From Intoshia linei (lineage: Eukaryota > Animalia > Orthonectida): 64,000 nucleotides of DNA. The DNA lies in the NCBI GenBank assembly GCA_001642005.1, contig LWCA01000046.1:3874-67873 (forward strand), read 5' to 3'. This document shows, in pieces, positions 12,501 through 24,460 of this stretch; positions within the stretch are counted from its first letter, which is position 1, and each line of letters begins with the position of its first letter. The notes under the pieces were generated by a model. That model did no database searches and was not told where the DNA came from. It was given only the letters and a program-made list of their open reading frames with translations. Both the position numbers and the translations under genes were made by a program.

Positions 12501-15500
12501 TTTTAATTCCTCCGAATGTCAATGTTTTCAATAAATGGTTACACACACAGATATTGATTTTTATAAGTAAAGGAAAAGGATACTAGTAGAATATCATATT
12601 TTTTAAAATCACCCCTAACAGAATTAAACTCGGTGAAAAGTATTTTGTTAAAATTTACAAAAATTTAGAGAGACACAACCTTATATTATGATTATAGAGG
12701 ATTATTTATTATTATTTTAAGAAGAGGTCAAAGTAAATGAAATCAATTATTTCTTGTGAAATAACCGTATAAATTTTTCAGTATATATATGTCGTATAGA
12801 ATGTGTACAACTGTCAAATGTACACATTCCACGGGCAAGTCGTAGAATGTAAACATTTCATGGATAAGTCGTACAGTATACAGTACAGATTAACGTAACA
12901 ATATAGGATATATTATTAAGATTAAAAATAATCCTAATATTAGTTGATTTTTAAGATTATTAGTTAATTCAATTTATTAAATATAAAATTTATAAATGGA
13001 AACACGATATTTGACACAGAAATCATTGATAATCAATTATTTTATTTTCTAAAAATCTTAAAAACCCCTCTTGAAAGTTTGGTTCAAAAAAAATCGTAAT
13101 TAAATGGTTTGATATTAATTTAAAATCAATTTAAAAATAANAGTCCAATCCTAAAAATTGTTATAAATAGCATTTTTTTAATTTTCGGACCGTTAATTAT
13201 TTCACATTTTTTGTTTTAATAAAATATTTTAATAAAAAAATATATGAAAACTAAAATGTTTTTTTGGCCGTGAAGGCGCACTTATTAGATTCACATTTTT
13301 TGTGTGTGTTAACAGGGTACAACTATACCACCTGTAAATTTTTTAAATTATAGGGCTGTTTTCATTAAAAAAAAGTGTAATTTGGGGTTTTGGCCCTGAA
13401 GATGTATTTTTTGAAATTTAAATATATAATATTTATGATTTTAAACTCCGTATTAGAGTGTATATTTTTTAAACTCTTGAACTCGTTTGATTTCAAAAAA
13501 AGGACAATTGGGCTTTTTGACGCGTGAGATGTGAGTTTGCAAGGTTGAAATTTATTTTGCTAACACTCGGAAAAAAACTGTAATTGAAATGTGGACTTTA
13601 TAAAATGCTAAGACGAGTAGTTATTGAAATAAACGATAACACACACAGACAAACAAATATTGCAAATCATATTATATAAGTAAGGATTTGTAATAATCAT
13701 AAATATATTAAAATATTTTTTTATTTTTTTTTAAAAATAATTTGATAGCATTGGAAAACATGTTTTACCTCCAAATAATACCAGATACTCATATCACAGT
13801 GGCGCTGGACGTGAAAATTTTGTTAAGAATGTAAAGATTAAAAAATATGAAGATTTAATCGCAGATGATTTAAATTTTAAATCTGTAATAACTGAAGAAA
13901 CTAGTAAAGTAAATAATGACATTATACATTTTAACATAGAAAGCGTCGATAGTGACAAATTTGGAGATTTTGTACAAAGCCGCACACCAAAAAAACAGGA
14001 TACCATTAATATTAACAATAGTATTTATGTTAATAATATTGATGATGATACTTCTCAAGTTGATAATAGTACAAATTTATTTAATACTCTCCAAAAAATC
14101 GATTATGATTCATTTTCCGGTTTCTCTACTGAACAAAAAAATGAACCTATTGTACTTATTGACAAAATTATTAAAAATCCTCAAAATGAACAAAACTCTA
14201 CACACATAGAAATGGACTTATTAGACATGTCATCTAAATTTGTTAATAATGAAGATCTTTTGAATACTGTAAAAATGATTATTAATTATAATTATATTTA
14301 CATTTAATATTTATTTTTAGTTTGAAAAACAAACCTCATCTTTATGTAATTATTTCATCTAAAATTTATGTATTTTTATTTTTGTATGCAGTTAAACAGC
14401 TTAGTATTGAACAAATTCTTCTTACAAACACGTCATGCTCATTATTGATAAATAGTGAATCTGTTATGATTTTTTTCATTGTTTCTTTGAAGTGATAAGC
14501 AAGGAAAATTATAATTTTTGCAAATAAATGTTTTTGTTAATTTTTTATATATTCACAGAGGGGAGTCCAAGGTGTGAAAAAATTGAAAAAAAAATTTTTT
14601 CTACATCGGTATATAAACTTTGCACATAGAATCATATAATGTATATTTGATGTTTTAATTGATATATTCTGATTTTACTTTTCATCCAAGATTACATTTT
14701 ACATTTTCATAGAAATAGAATTTAAAGTATACATTTAGCCATATCTACATTGGACAATTTTAAAAGTCTCACACCTTCAAAGTCACCAAAAATTAGTGTA
14801 TCAGGTTTGAATATACTATATTGTGGTTAATAATTAATTTTAATTTAATTTAACTGCCTTTATAGAATATCTTTTAGTTTTAGTAACCCATTAAATATTT
14901 TCCAACCTAATTTTTTTTAGTTTTTATTTATTTTTTTAGTTAATTAGTAACTTTGACCAAAATGTTTTTGTAATTTATAATTTACCCAGAAAGGACCATA
15001 GAGTGAATAATTAAACAATAGTTTTCCAAAATTTAGATTTAATTAATAATAATAATATATAACTGTTTTTAGAATTTAATGTTAATAAAAATTGAAAAAA
15101 TTAACCTCATATTCATCCATTTTATTTTCATTAATTTTATAAATTTAGAATCAAAACATTCTAAAAATGATGTATTCAGTGACTTGTTTGATTCCATGTA
15201 TACCACTAATTAATTTTTTTATTAATTAAAAATGTAGTTATGTAATTAAAAAAATCACTAAATTGTTTATTCGTGTGTACCTGATAAAATTCAATTTAGA
15301 AAAACTAATTTTGTTGATACTTTTCGATATATTATTATATATTATATATTATTTGAATTAATTTATCGATTTTATTGTATTTTTAAAAGAATGACTTCTT
15401 ATACATATATAGATAATGATGACATTTTAATTATAGATTTATGTAAAAAATTTATTTGTACATTATGAAAAGTATTTTAATTTATTTGAATAAATTGTAA

Positions 15501-18500
15501 CAATCATTCTTAGTCTTTCAGATATCTAAAAGTTTATTATTAGTTAAAAATATTATTATTAATGAAATGGTTTATTTTCAAATAGAAACATCACATCAAA
15601 TACAAATTATAAAATTAATGAAAAATGTGTCAGTTAAGTATTGTTTACCTCATTTAGTTCATTATTTTCATAGTTTCCTTTTGTTTCATTCTGGTAAATT
15701 TCTCCATTTTTCTAGCAATTTTAATAATTAAAATTTAGTATTACATTTGCAGTGGGATCGTCACTATTTATTCTTATCTATTTTTTAGTTCTGGTGATTT
15801 TCATATAACCCTGCGTTATCCGTCAATATTTTTTAAAATAAATACAAAACTGTTTTGAAGTTTTGCCCCAGTTAATAAAATAAAAAATATTGGATTTGCG
15901 AGCAATATGATAAAATTTATAAAATGATAATATTTTAAAATATATATTAAATTATTAAATTAACGACATTGCCGTGGAGAACTAACAATAGACTTGGAAA
16001 AATTAAAATTTTAGGCCCATGGACAACTAAACAAAATTGGTCTAATCATTACTTACATGTACAATGTACATGTATATAAAACGCTTTGTTTGTCTGTGTG
16101 TGTTATCATTTATTTCAATAACTAAGAGTCTTAGAATTTTATAAAGTCATCATTTGTATTACAATTTTTTCCGGGTAAAAGTAATATAAATTTCAACCTC
16201 TGAAATTCTCATCTTACCGGTCAAAACTCAATTATCTTTTATTATGAAAATCAAATCAATTCCACAAGTTAAAAAAATATAAACTCTGATACAGATTTTA
16301 AAATCATAAATCTTATCATAAATTTATATTTAAAAAATATATCTTCAGGGCCAAAACCACAAATTAGCATTTTTTTTAAAATGAAAACAGCCCCAGAATT
16401 TAAAAAAAATTACAGGTGGTAGCTGTATCCTTTTATCACACAAAAAATTTCAATCTAAATGAGTGACGCCTTCCGGTAAAAAAAGCACTTTAGTACATAC
16501 TGTATTTGTATTCATATTTTTATTTCGAAACTATTTTATTAAAACAAAAAATGCGAAATAATAGAAGGTCCGACAATTAAAAAAAAAAAATTATTCTTAT
16601 ACAGCTTATTCTATTTGACATAAATACAAAAGTTCAACCCGAGAAATCTACGCATTCCCGATGAAAAATAAATTTTAATATATTATCAACCAATATTATT
16701 CAAATATTTCGATTAAAATAAAAATTGAAAAATCAAAAACTGATCCTACAATTTCAAAAAAAATGTGCATTGAACGTCTACACATTTCCAATAATAAATA
16801 TAATGAAAATCTATATAATTTATTCCTTCGAATTTTTTGTCATCTCAAATACTGTACTCATTTTCAAAGAATTTAACGAAATTTATTTTAAAATTACAGC
16901 AACTAAAAGTAAAACTTTGTTATTAACCCATTTTCTCCCAATGTGACCATATGGTCACACAAAAATAAAATATTAAAAGGTGAATAAGTTTTGAATTAAA
17001 CAAGGTAAATATTAATGCATGGCATATTTAGAATCATGTAAGCATTCACAATGTATTTTTGACGGTCATTAGGTTAATAATGTCGTAACTTAGTGTCCAC
17101 AGGTAAAAATATTTTGTGTTCTGAAATAAAAATAAAATTAAAATTAAAGATTTTTCGATTTAGGTTATGCACAACTAGGTTCAATTTTAGATAAAAAATA
17201 TTATGGATACATTCATTACTTATGATTTCTGAAAATTAGGAAGGATTTCAACTAGTAGTTTAATATATATCCACTAATAAGCGTGTGTGACCATATGGTT
17301 ACATTGGGAGAATATGCTAATTTTAATGTATGAAATATTTTATATCAGTCATTTTGCTATACATTTTGTATTAAATTGCCATTAAATTCATTTTAATTGA
17401 ATTTTGAATAATTAATAAATTTATTAATAAATAAAGTTATTAGAATGCATTTGAACCATTAAATTATTATATATTTGAATTGAAATTATCAAAATTTAAA
17501 ATGGAAAACAAGCAAAATGAAATGTTTAATCAAATTTTGGATGATATCGATGAAAACAATGATAAAGAATACATATTTATCGATCCTCCTGATGCTTACG
17601 ACTTAACCGATAAGGATTCGGCGGACTCGGAAGATGAAACGAAAAATTTGCCATCAGTTTTGAGTGGTAATCAGTTGCGTGCTTCAGCTGAAAAAAGACA
17701 CATTGTGAATGACTCAGATGATGAAAATGTGCCGTTATCATATTTTTCAAAGGTATCTCATTGTTTCGACTGGAATCTCTCAACAAAGAATATGTATTGT
17801 CCAGCATTTCCTGAATCTAATTATACAAAATACAGAGGATACTCGTCCATTAAATTTTTTGAATTGTTTTTCGATGGCGAAGTAGTTAACCATATTATGA
17901 AAGAATCTAACATATATTCTTCTCAACAGAATTTATTGAATATACCCATAAATGTTGGAGAGTTCAAAAAATTTATTGGTATACTTATTATATCTGGATA
18001 TAATAATTCGCCGAGTAGGTCATCTTATATAAGCAGCAGTGATGACCTCAAAAACTTCGCTATATTTAATGCAATGCGACGTAATAGATTTAACGAAATA
18101 ATGAGATCCGTACACTTCAAAGACAATTTAAGTCTTAATTATGGGGATAAATATACCAAATTAAGACCACTAATATTATTACTGAAATCCAGTTTTATGA
18201 AACATTTTGTAATGTCTCAAAATATTTCTCACGATGAATCTATGGTGNATCAATTTAAAAATAAACATAAGCTTGTTAATTTAACTGAATTGGTAAATTC
18301 GTTGTTAGCAAAGCATCAATTATGTATCTAACTCTGAATTGGCGTCTAAGACATATTTTTAGTCAAATACATTCTACGACTTGCCCGTGGAATGTGTACA
18401 TTTCACAGTTGTACACATTCTATACAACATATATAAACTTTTAAAAAAAATTACTAAATCATACAACCTTCCAATAAGCTTAACATTTTTTTCAGATTCA

Positions 18501-20650
18501 TCAATTTGAGAAGTAGCTGAATGTTCATACAAAATAGACACTCTCATCCTACCAATTAAAACGAGAAGAGGAGTTAAAACATCATAATTAAGTAAAACAT
18601 CCTTCAAACGATTAATAGATTTTCTATTTGTTTTAATTTGACTAAAATATCCAGATTCTTGTTGAAGAATAGTACCGCCAGCCAAAGAAGAAAGTTGGTC
18701 CTTTGTTATATGTTCGTTAGCTTCAATACCAGAAACTTTGTGAATAATATCTCGTAAAATGAGCAAATAACAACTATTATTTTGAAACAATTCCAGAGTA
18801 ACATACTCTAAAAGACCAGTCATGTCCATAGAATACCTCTTAAACAGCAAGCTTGACAAATTAGAAAGGCTCTGCAACCACGAAGAAATGTTGGTATCAT
18901 ACGCTTTGATTCGATCTTTATTTTTCTGAGAAAATCCCTTAATAAGAGAAAAACTCAAAATATCCAACGACAATTTATTGAGATATTTAAAACTGTCCAC
19001 TATTGGTGGAATTAAATTATTAAACTGTTGAATTTGGCTAAGAATGTAATCGAATATTACGACAGGGTTATTGTGACTAATTTTGCCAATATGACGACCA
19101 AAATGTTTAATATTTTCTTTGGTAAGTCTTTTCATAATGTATTTAATTTTATACATTGATTTTGACGTAGATTCAACAAAGTCCGTGTTAAAAGTGTTTA
19201 TGTGTTGTTTCCAATATTCATAAATAAGATAACGTTTTTTTTGGGAAAAATTTTTAATAACTAACCAAATGTGATTAGATAAGGCGCAATTTGCAGGATT
19301 TAAAACGAGACACGGTATAATGACACTTGTGAGTAAATCAAACATTTTTAATTTATAATTAGACTTGTATTGTGTCTGTTCTGGGTCTTGAAGGTAATGT
19401 TGAAGAATTCGACAAATTTTAAAAATTAGAGGTAAATGATAATGTACAATATATCCCAGTTCTTTAGCAATAGGATAAGCAATTTTAAAAAAATTTGAAT
19501 AGTCTTGAAAAGTAATCGGTTCAATTGTGTCAGATTGAAAATTTACTGGATAAATGACTTTAAAAATTTTGTTATGAAGAGGGTCGATAATCTTTTCAAG
19601 TTGAATGCAACATTTTTTGCCAAAAATGGGATTTGATTGTAAATAAAATTTTGGAAGTAATTTCAAAAACTGATGCATTTTTTCAATGTACCCTAAATCT
19701 AGAAAAGAGACACCCAATGAGACAATTTGATTTAGTTTGTCCTTACTGTCCGGTACAGGCAAAGGGGCGATAAACGTCTGTAATGCAGTGCTAGAAGTAT
19801 CTAGGCTGTTGTCGGTAATGACATGAGTACATCGGATTTCCGTATCGGCCAAAGATTTAATGTTGGGTTTCATGTAAGGTAGGATTTCACCAAAACTAAC
19901 AACACCTGTATTTATATATAAAGCAATTATATTGAAAATGTTGTCAGTTAAATTGGAGTTATTGGAAAGTTTACTTTTTTCGTAATAAATCAAATTTAAT
20001 CCCATTATCTGAATAAAACATTTTCGACAGTTTTCATTTTCAATAAACATGTTTAGTAATGATTCAAAGTAACTGGTAGAAGAAAAATTGACTCGAAAAC
20101 ATTGGAAGACAACATCCATACACCGGTTAGGGTCCAAATCAAACGATCCCATTATATTCCTAATGTCGCTTTTAATTTTAGTAATCGTGTCGTTTGATGG
20201 ATAAAAACTTCCCATCATGATTGTTTCTATAAATTTAGCATAGCCTTCCGATTCTTCTGAAAATAAATTAAATTTCGTTTGTTTGTAGTACATTTTTGTT
20301 TTCATACGAATACATTTCGTCTGAAACATGTTGGCTCTAGTTTTCACTAAACCAATTTCATATAGAGTGGTGGATTCTAATCTTTCCAAAAAAAATGGTG
20401 TGGTTTTTGAGTTTACTAGTTTTTTTATTAATTTTATAAATTGCTCTTTGCCGTCAATTATCGACATTTCCATTTCTAAAACTACTAGCAAATCTACCAT
20501 TATTGAAATTTCTTGTGGTCTTGTTTTACATATTTTTAAGCATTCACATAATGCCAATTCAAAGTTTTCCTTTTTATCTTTTATTGTTGAATTTTTTAGT
20601 ATGTTGTACAAGTTTTTTGTATAATCTAAACTACAGTGTTCATTTTCCAT
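6508..20650 (-). CDS. THOC2: THO complex subunit 2 (Tho2), about 18 exons; exon 1 = 20650-18455, exon 2 starts at 11043, last exon 6540-6508
   Basis: Motifs [47 protein letters not shown]|[47 protein letters not shown] and [16 protein letters not shown], in frame across GT-AG junctions. AATAAA (6488-6493, - strand) follows the stop. The last micro-exons are less certain. Confidence 0.93.
7208..8290. mobile_element. hAT MITE in a THOC2 intron, containing nested elements
   Basis: Imperfect TIRs CAAGGATGGGAAACCT / AGGTTTCCCACCCG; 8-bp TSD ATTTAAAT at 7200-7207 and 8291-8298. Confidence 0.72.
7324..8045 (+). mobile_element. hAT deletion derivative with a dimerization-domain remnant
   Basis: TIRs TAGGGTTGGCAAT / ATTGCCAACCTTA. 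About 7808-7950 translates, with a frameshift, to LKSIKPT...[28 protein letters not shown], resembling the hAT C-terminal dimerization motif. TSD is degenerate (5/8). Confidence 0.68.
11950..12580 (-). mobile_element. Diverged copy of the Helitron family (further fragments at about 11220-11460 and 7401-7680)
   Basis: Shared blocks such as gaaggcgtcacttattc, acaactgtaccatctgtaa, gttttcattaaaaaa and acacacacag; A|TC 5' end at 12580. The 3' boundary is approximate. Confidence 0.6.
13142..13686 (-). mobile_element. Helitron family copy, cut at the N at 13141
   Basis: A|TCCTTACTTATATAAT 5' end at 13686; body matches 4285-4772 and 55114-55654. Confidence 0.72.
13749..15860 (+). CDS. Partial multi-exon gene of unknown identity (exons about 13749-14268, 14321-14344, from 14392, 15390-15441, 15513-15692, then short 3' exons)
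   Basis: A stop-free frame of about 173 codons ([25 protein letters not shown]...[11 protein letters not shown]...DYDSFSGFS...EDLLNT) bounded by tag| and |gtaaaa. It is missed by the ORF track because it has no early start codon. Further AG/GT-bounded open frames lie downstream. End coordinate approximate. Confidence 0.5.
16070..16580 (+). mobile_element. Helitron family copy with degenerate ends
   Basis: Matches 4300-4720 throughout (tgtgtgttatcatttatttcaataact ... aatgaaaacagccc ... gtgacg). Boundaries approximate. Confidence 0.7.
16927..18247 (+). mobile_element. piggyBac transposon, 5' part, truncated at N 18248
   Basis: TTAA|CCC left terminus; 18-bp palindrome TGTGACCATATGGTCACA at 16942; inverted subterminal copy at about 17285-17320; transposase ORF downstream. 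Confidence 0.88.
17501..18247 (+). CDS. piggyBac transposase (PGBD2/3-like), N-terminal ~249 aa up to the first catalytic Asp
   Basis: [65 protein letters not shown]. Similarity ends exactly at the N. Confidence 0.85.
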
Positions 20651-21216
20651 TTTTTATCTTTTTTTATATTCAGTTTGCATGTAAAATAAAGTTTGTAGTA
20701 ATATTATTATTTTTGCTGTTATCGTAATAGTAACAAATCTAATTAGTTTAGTTTACAAGTATTTATTTTATGCTACACTTTTGTTATATAGTTTTATACT
20801 TTTTGTAACTTGATTGATATGTAGTTTATACAAACGGTACCTAATTCTACCGAGGCGGACCTTTAATTTTACAAAAAAATAATTTAATCGGTAATGTAGA
20901 TAATGTTGGACAATAATTAGATTAGTTAAAGCTGCCAGATTAAAAACGTACTCATATTACTTAGTTACAAAGTTATAATGTTGAATTGGAATTTTACAAG
21001 TTTTTAGTTTTAAACCATATAAAATACAATTGAAATTAAAATTTAATTTAAATATTTTATTATTTGAATTGTAAATGCTTTCACATTATTTCAATTCATC
21101 GTATACCATAGCGTATTACATTTTAAAAATTATTAAAGTTTATTATAATAAACTTAAATTTTTAGTACGTTTATATTAGTGCTGCCTAAAATGTACTTTT
21201 GGTAGCTTTAGATTAA

Positions 21217-21590
21217 GTAGGAGTAAAAAATAACAAAAAGGGACCTGCAGCAATGCAGTGTCCCCGATTCGCATATGGTCAAATTGAATCTAACTTTGTC
21301 CTCTCGCTAGCTAAGCGTGTTTTACTGATTTTATTTCTTTTTTCGTGTCTTGTAGTTTCTTGTAGTAGTGTACCACGTTCCATGTGTCGTTGTAATCGCG
21401 TCTTGTATTGTTTAATTGTGGACAGCACACCACAGTATATGTGGAAATAATTGTTTATATACTATTAGATTTAATTAAAATATTAAATATAATTATCATA
21501 ATATATTCACAAATTTACTAACTATTCATGTTATAGTTATTTTAAAAAATAAAATTAAATTAATTGAAATGCGTCATTTGATTTCAAAAG
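21217..21590. repeat. Direct repeat, copy 1 (possible decayed solo LTR plus flank)
   Basis: Collinear similarity with 22671-22990. Confidence 0.6.
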
Positions 21591-21886
21591 ATTATAAATT
21601 AATCTATCATTTAATTTATCAATTTTTAGCCATTAAATGTTTATTTTTTCAATTGATATGTTGTTTATGGCAATTTATTTAGTTAGCAATTAAATTATAC
21701 AGTGTAAATGTAATTAAAGTACAAATGTAAAATTTATAACTTTCATTTACTAAAACTTAATAGCTCTTAAATTTCATCACATTCATTGATTATCGTGTCC
21801 GTTCAAATGATTATAGATCTACAGATCTATTTTTTTTATTATTAATTTTTAATTGTCCCTATAAGACTTGACTTGATCATCTAAGC

Positions 21887-22480
21887 CAGTGCTTCTCAAT
21901 CCGTCTTCCGCGAAATTTAATTGGGGTTCCGTGAAATATAAATGCGATATTTTTCAATTTAAAGTTTTTCAAAATAAATAAATTTAAAAAATATAAATTA
22001 AAGTTTCTAAATTAATATAACCAAAAATCACATTTTGATATGCTTTTTTAATTAAGATAAATACGATCAGTCAACTTGATTAAAATACTTTTTGTGTTTA
22101 TTTTAAATTATCTTTTTTAAAATTTAAAAATAATTATTCTAAGCCAGTTTGTCTGATTTTATATAATTTAATTCTGCATTTTAATATATTCAGTACTTAT
22201 TTTGATCAAAACAAGTCATAAAATAAATTAATGTTATGTATATAGGAAAGATCCAAATAAGCTTACTTGTATTGACAGCAATTAAGCATACAAAACGGGC
22301 AAAGCTGCTGTCGGTAAAAGAACTTCGTGTATGTCTCTCAAAAACGCGTCCAAGAATTAAAAACCTCTGTTAAAAATATCAGGCCAAATTTGTCATTGAG
22401 AAGGAAAAATAAATTTCTTTATTAAAAAATTTGTTTTTAATATTAGAAGCGTAATTTTTAAATTAAAAATCAAATTGTTT
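21887..22480 (+). mobile_element. hAT Buster-type remnant of the same family as 5411-6267, without a right TIR
   Basis: First ~85 bp match 5411-5495. 22290-22400 encodes KRAKLLSV/KELRVCLSKTRPRIKNLC*KYQA, a Buster/SPIN-like transposase C-terminus. Confidence 0.72.
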
Positions 22481-22670
22481 AACTAATTAAATTCAGCGTC
22501 TAATTTAATATTTATAACGCATAATTTAATTAATTTACCATTATTTAAAAGAACTGTGGTCGTCTAATTTAATGCTTAAGCGTGTAATATAATTATTGTA
22601 CCATCTAACTTAATATTCGAAACGTTTGAATCAATTTAATTCGTTAATTCGTTTTGTGAATGACCTAATA

Positions 22671-22990
22671 GTTGGAGTAAAAAACAACAAAAAGGGATAA
22701 GCCTTGCAGCGTCCTGCAACGCGTCCTGATTCAGTATGATCAAATTAGAATCTAACTAGTATCACGCCAGCTAAGCGGGGTTTTTTCAAGTACCGCGACT
22801 GCGTACTGTGTTTTTTTATTTTCTTTTTTTTCGTGTAGCGCGTACCACAACATAAATGCAAATAATTGTTTATATACTATTACATTTAACTAAAATAATA
22901 AATATAATTATAATATATTCACAAATTTACTAACAATGAATGTCATAATTATTTTAAGAAATAAAATTAATGCGTCATTTGATTTCAAAA
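22671..22990. repeat. Direct repeat, copy 2
   Basis: Collinear with 21217-21590; (a)GTTG...CAACA ends at 22670-22852 look like LTR termini. Confidence 0.6.
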
Positions 22991-24460
22991 TTTAGTGCTA
23001 AATAATTATAGAAATTGTAGCGATGCCATCGGTAACCGACACTATCGCTAAGGAATATTATTGATTGATAATGTATTTATTTGGTGAACGAATTTGTAAT
23101 ATAAATTAAATTTTAATGGTTGAAATATGTCTAAAATAAATTATTTTATTTTACAAAGCTTCGAAAAAACTACAGAAATAAGTAATAATTTAAATTTAAG
23201 TCTTAAGTTGTAAATAAAGTGCTAAATGTCGAAATTAAATGACGCTTTAAAATTTAACTTAAATGGTGGCCTAATTTTAACATTTTTGTATAATTATAAT
23301 TATCAAAAAACTAATTAGTTGTTATTAAATGAAAGTTAATTTTTACATTAAGTTTTAATGCCTTTGTGGAAATTTTTTAAAAAACAAAACTGCCAATTGT
23401 TTTAAACCGTTAAGAGGTGGGGAAAGTGTGGTCTTACTGACGATTTAGTGCGACCTTCTGAACAATTTGAATTATTTTGCATTTAAAATTATTCTATTTA
23501 TTTTTAAAATATTAATTTTTGGTAAAATAGGATTTTTCAAAAAAATATTGGTATAAAAGAGGTTTTTTTCATTAAGGATAAGTAAAATTTTGATTTTTTC
23601 TCTTAATATTTTCTAAATCTTATGAAATATGTTAAAAATTTATAATTCACCCCAGCGACTCTCCAACTCGGACTACTTAATCAAAGCCCGAGTTGATATT
23701 TTTATATTTTTTGAAAAATTTACTTACACTTACGTTAAATTTATAAGAAGCGCACCCACAAGGGGTTTATGACATTTATCACTAAGTCATTTGTTTGTTG
23801 CACAATTATCATCAATTAAACAGACATCATCAAAACTTTTATTATAAAGTTTTAAAACCCATAAAATAAAATTGAAATGAGCTTCTACACCAAAATTCAT
23901 TTCTTCCATTAATGAAAAAACCCAATAAATTTTAAGCAGAAAATTTTTAATCGTCATTATAGATAAGTAGTTTTGGCTTTAGATTTAACACCAAATAATC
24001 TAAAATTGATAGTACGTATTTTTTCTGGTCACTTTAATTTAAGTTTTAATATATTCGACAATTAATTGTCATATTCAAATTAGTTAATTGGGTTTTATAT
24101 ATTTTAACAATTTAATTCAATAACAATTAATTTTTTTGCAATTAATTTTTTCCAATTGAAACGTTATGGCAATATCGAAGAGAAAAATTAAGGAAAGAAG
24201 CTCTAGAAATATATTGAAGCTTAATGAAATGTTAATGAAAGAATAAATGTTAATAGCTCAAGAAACTACCCAAAATTTTGCTTTATGTATGTTAAAACGT
24301 TCTAAAGGTGTTTTTAGGGAAAATGAAGACAACACAAAATAATTAAATCTTTAAATAAGAATTTTAAAGTTTTAATTAAGAAATATATGTTACAAATGGT
24401 AAATAAGAATTTAACAGTATATATAAGTTATATATTAACATATCTTTGTATGATCTTGAA

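Larger units (their letters stand above)
12790..18429. mobile_element. Ginger-like non-autonomous TIR element; probably only about 516 bp (12790-13140 plus 18265-18429), split by a mis-scaffolded contig
   Basis: About 62-bp TIRs (TGTCGTATAGAATGTGTACAACTG...GGGCAAGTCGTAGAATGTA at 12790-12851, inverted at about 18368-18429, 2 mismatches); TGTNR..ACA termini; TATA on both flanks. Confidence 0.62.

Noticed and set aside
18249-18331. C-terminal QFKNKHKL...LCI of the 283-aa ORF as transposase sequence
   Set aside because: It lies past the N and belongs to the TIR element, so the ORF is chimeric.
12790-18429. A 5.6-kb gene-capturing (Pack-type) Ginger element carrying host exons and a piggyBac
   Set aside because: The cargo lies exactly between two Ns with a 16-bp overlap, so mis-scaffolding is the simpler explanation.
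16927-18454. THOC2-piggyBac exon-trap fusion like CSB-PGBD3
   Set aside because: The transposase is antisense to THOC2, has no clear acceptor before its ATG, and is probably not at this locus.
18374-20650. The 758-aa ORF as a complete gene
   Set aside because: THOC2 homology continues at 11043 via the donor at 18454; the last 26 aa are intron read-through.
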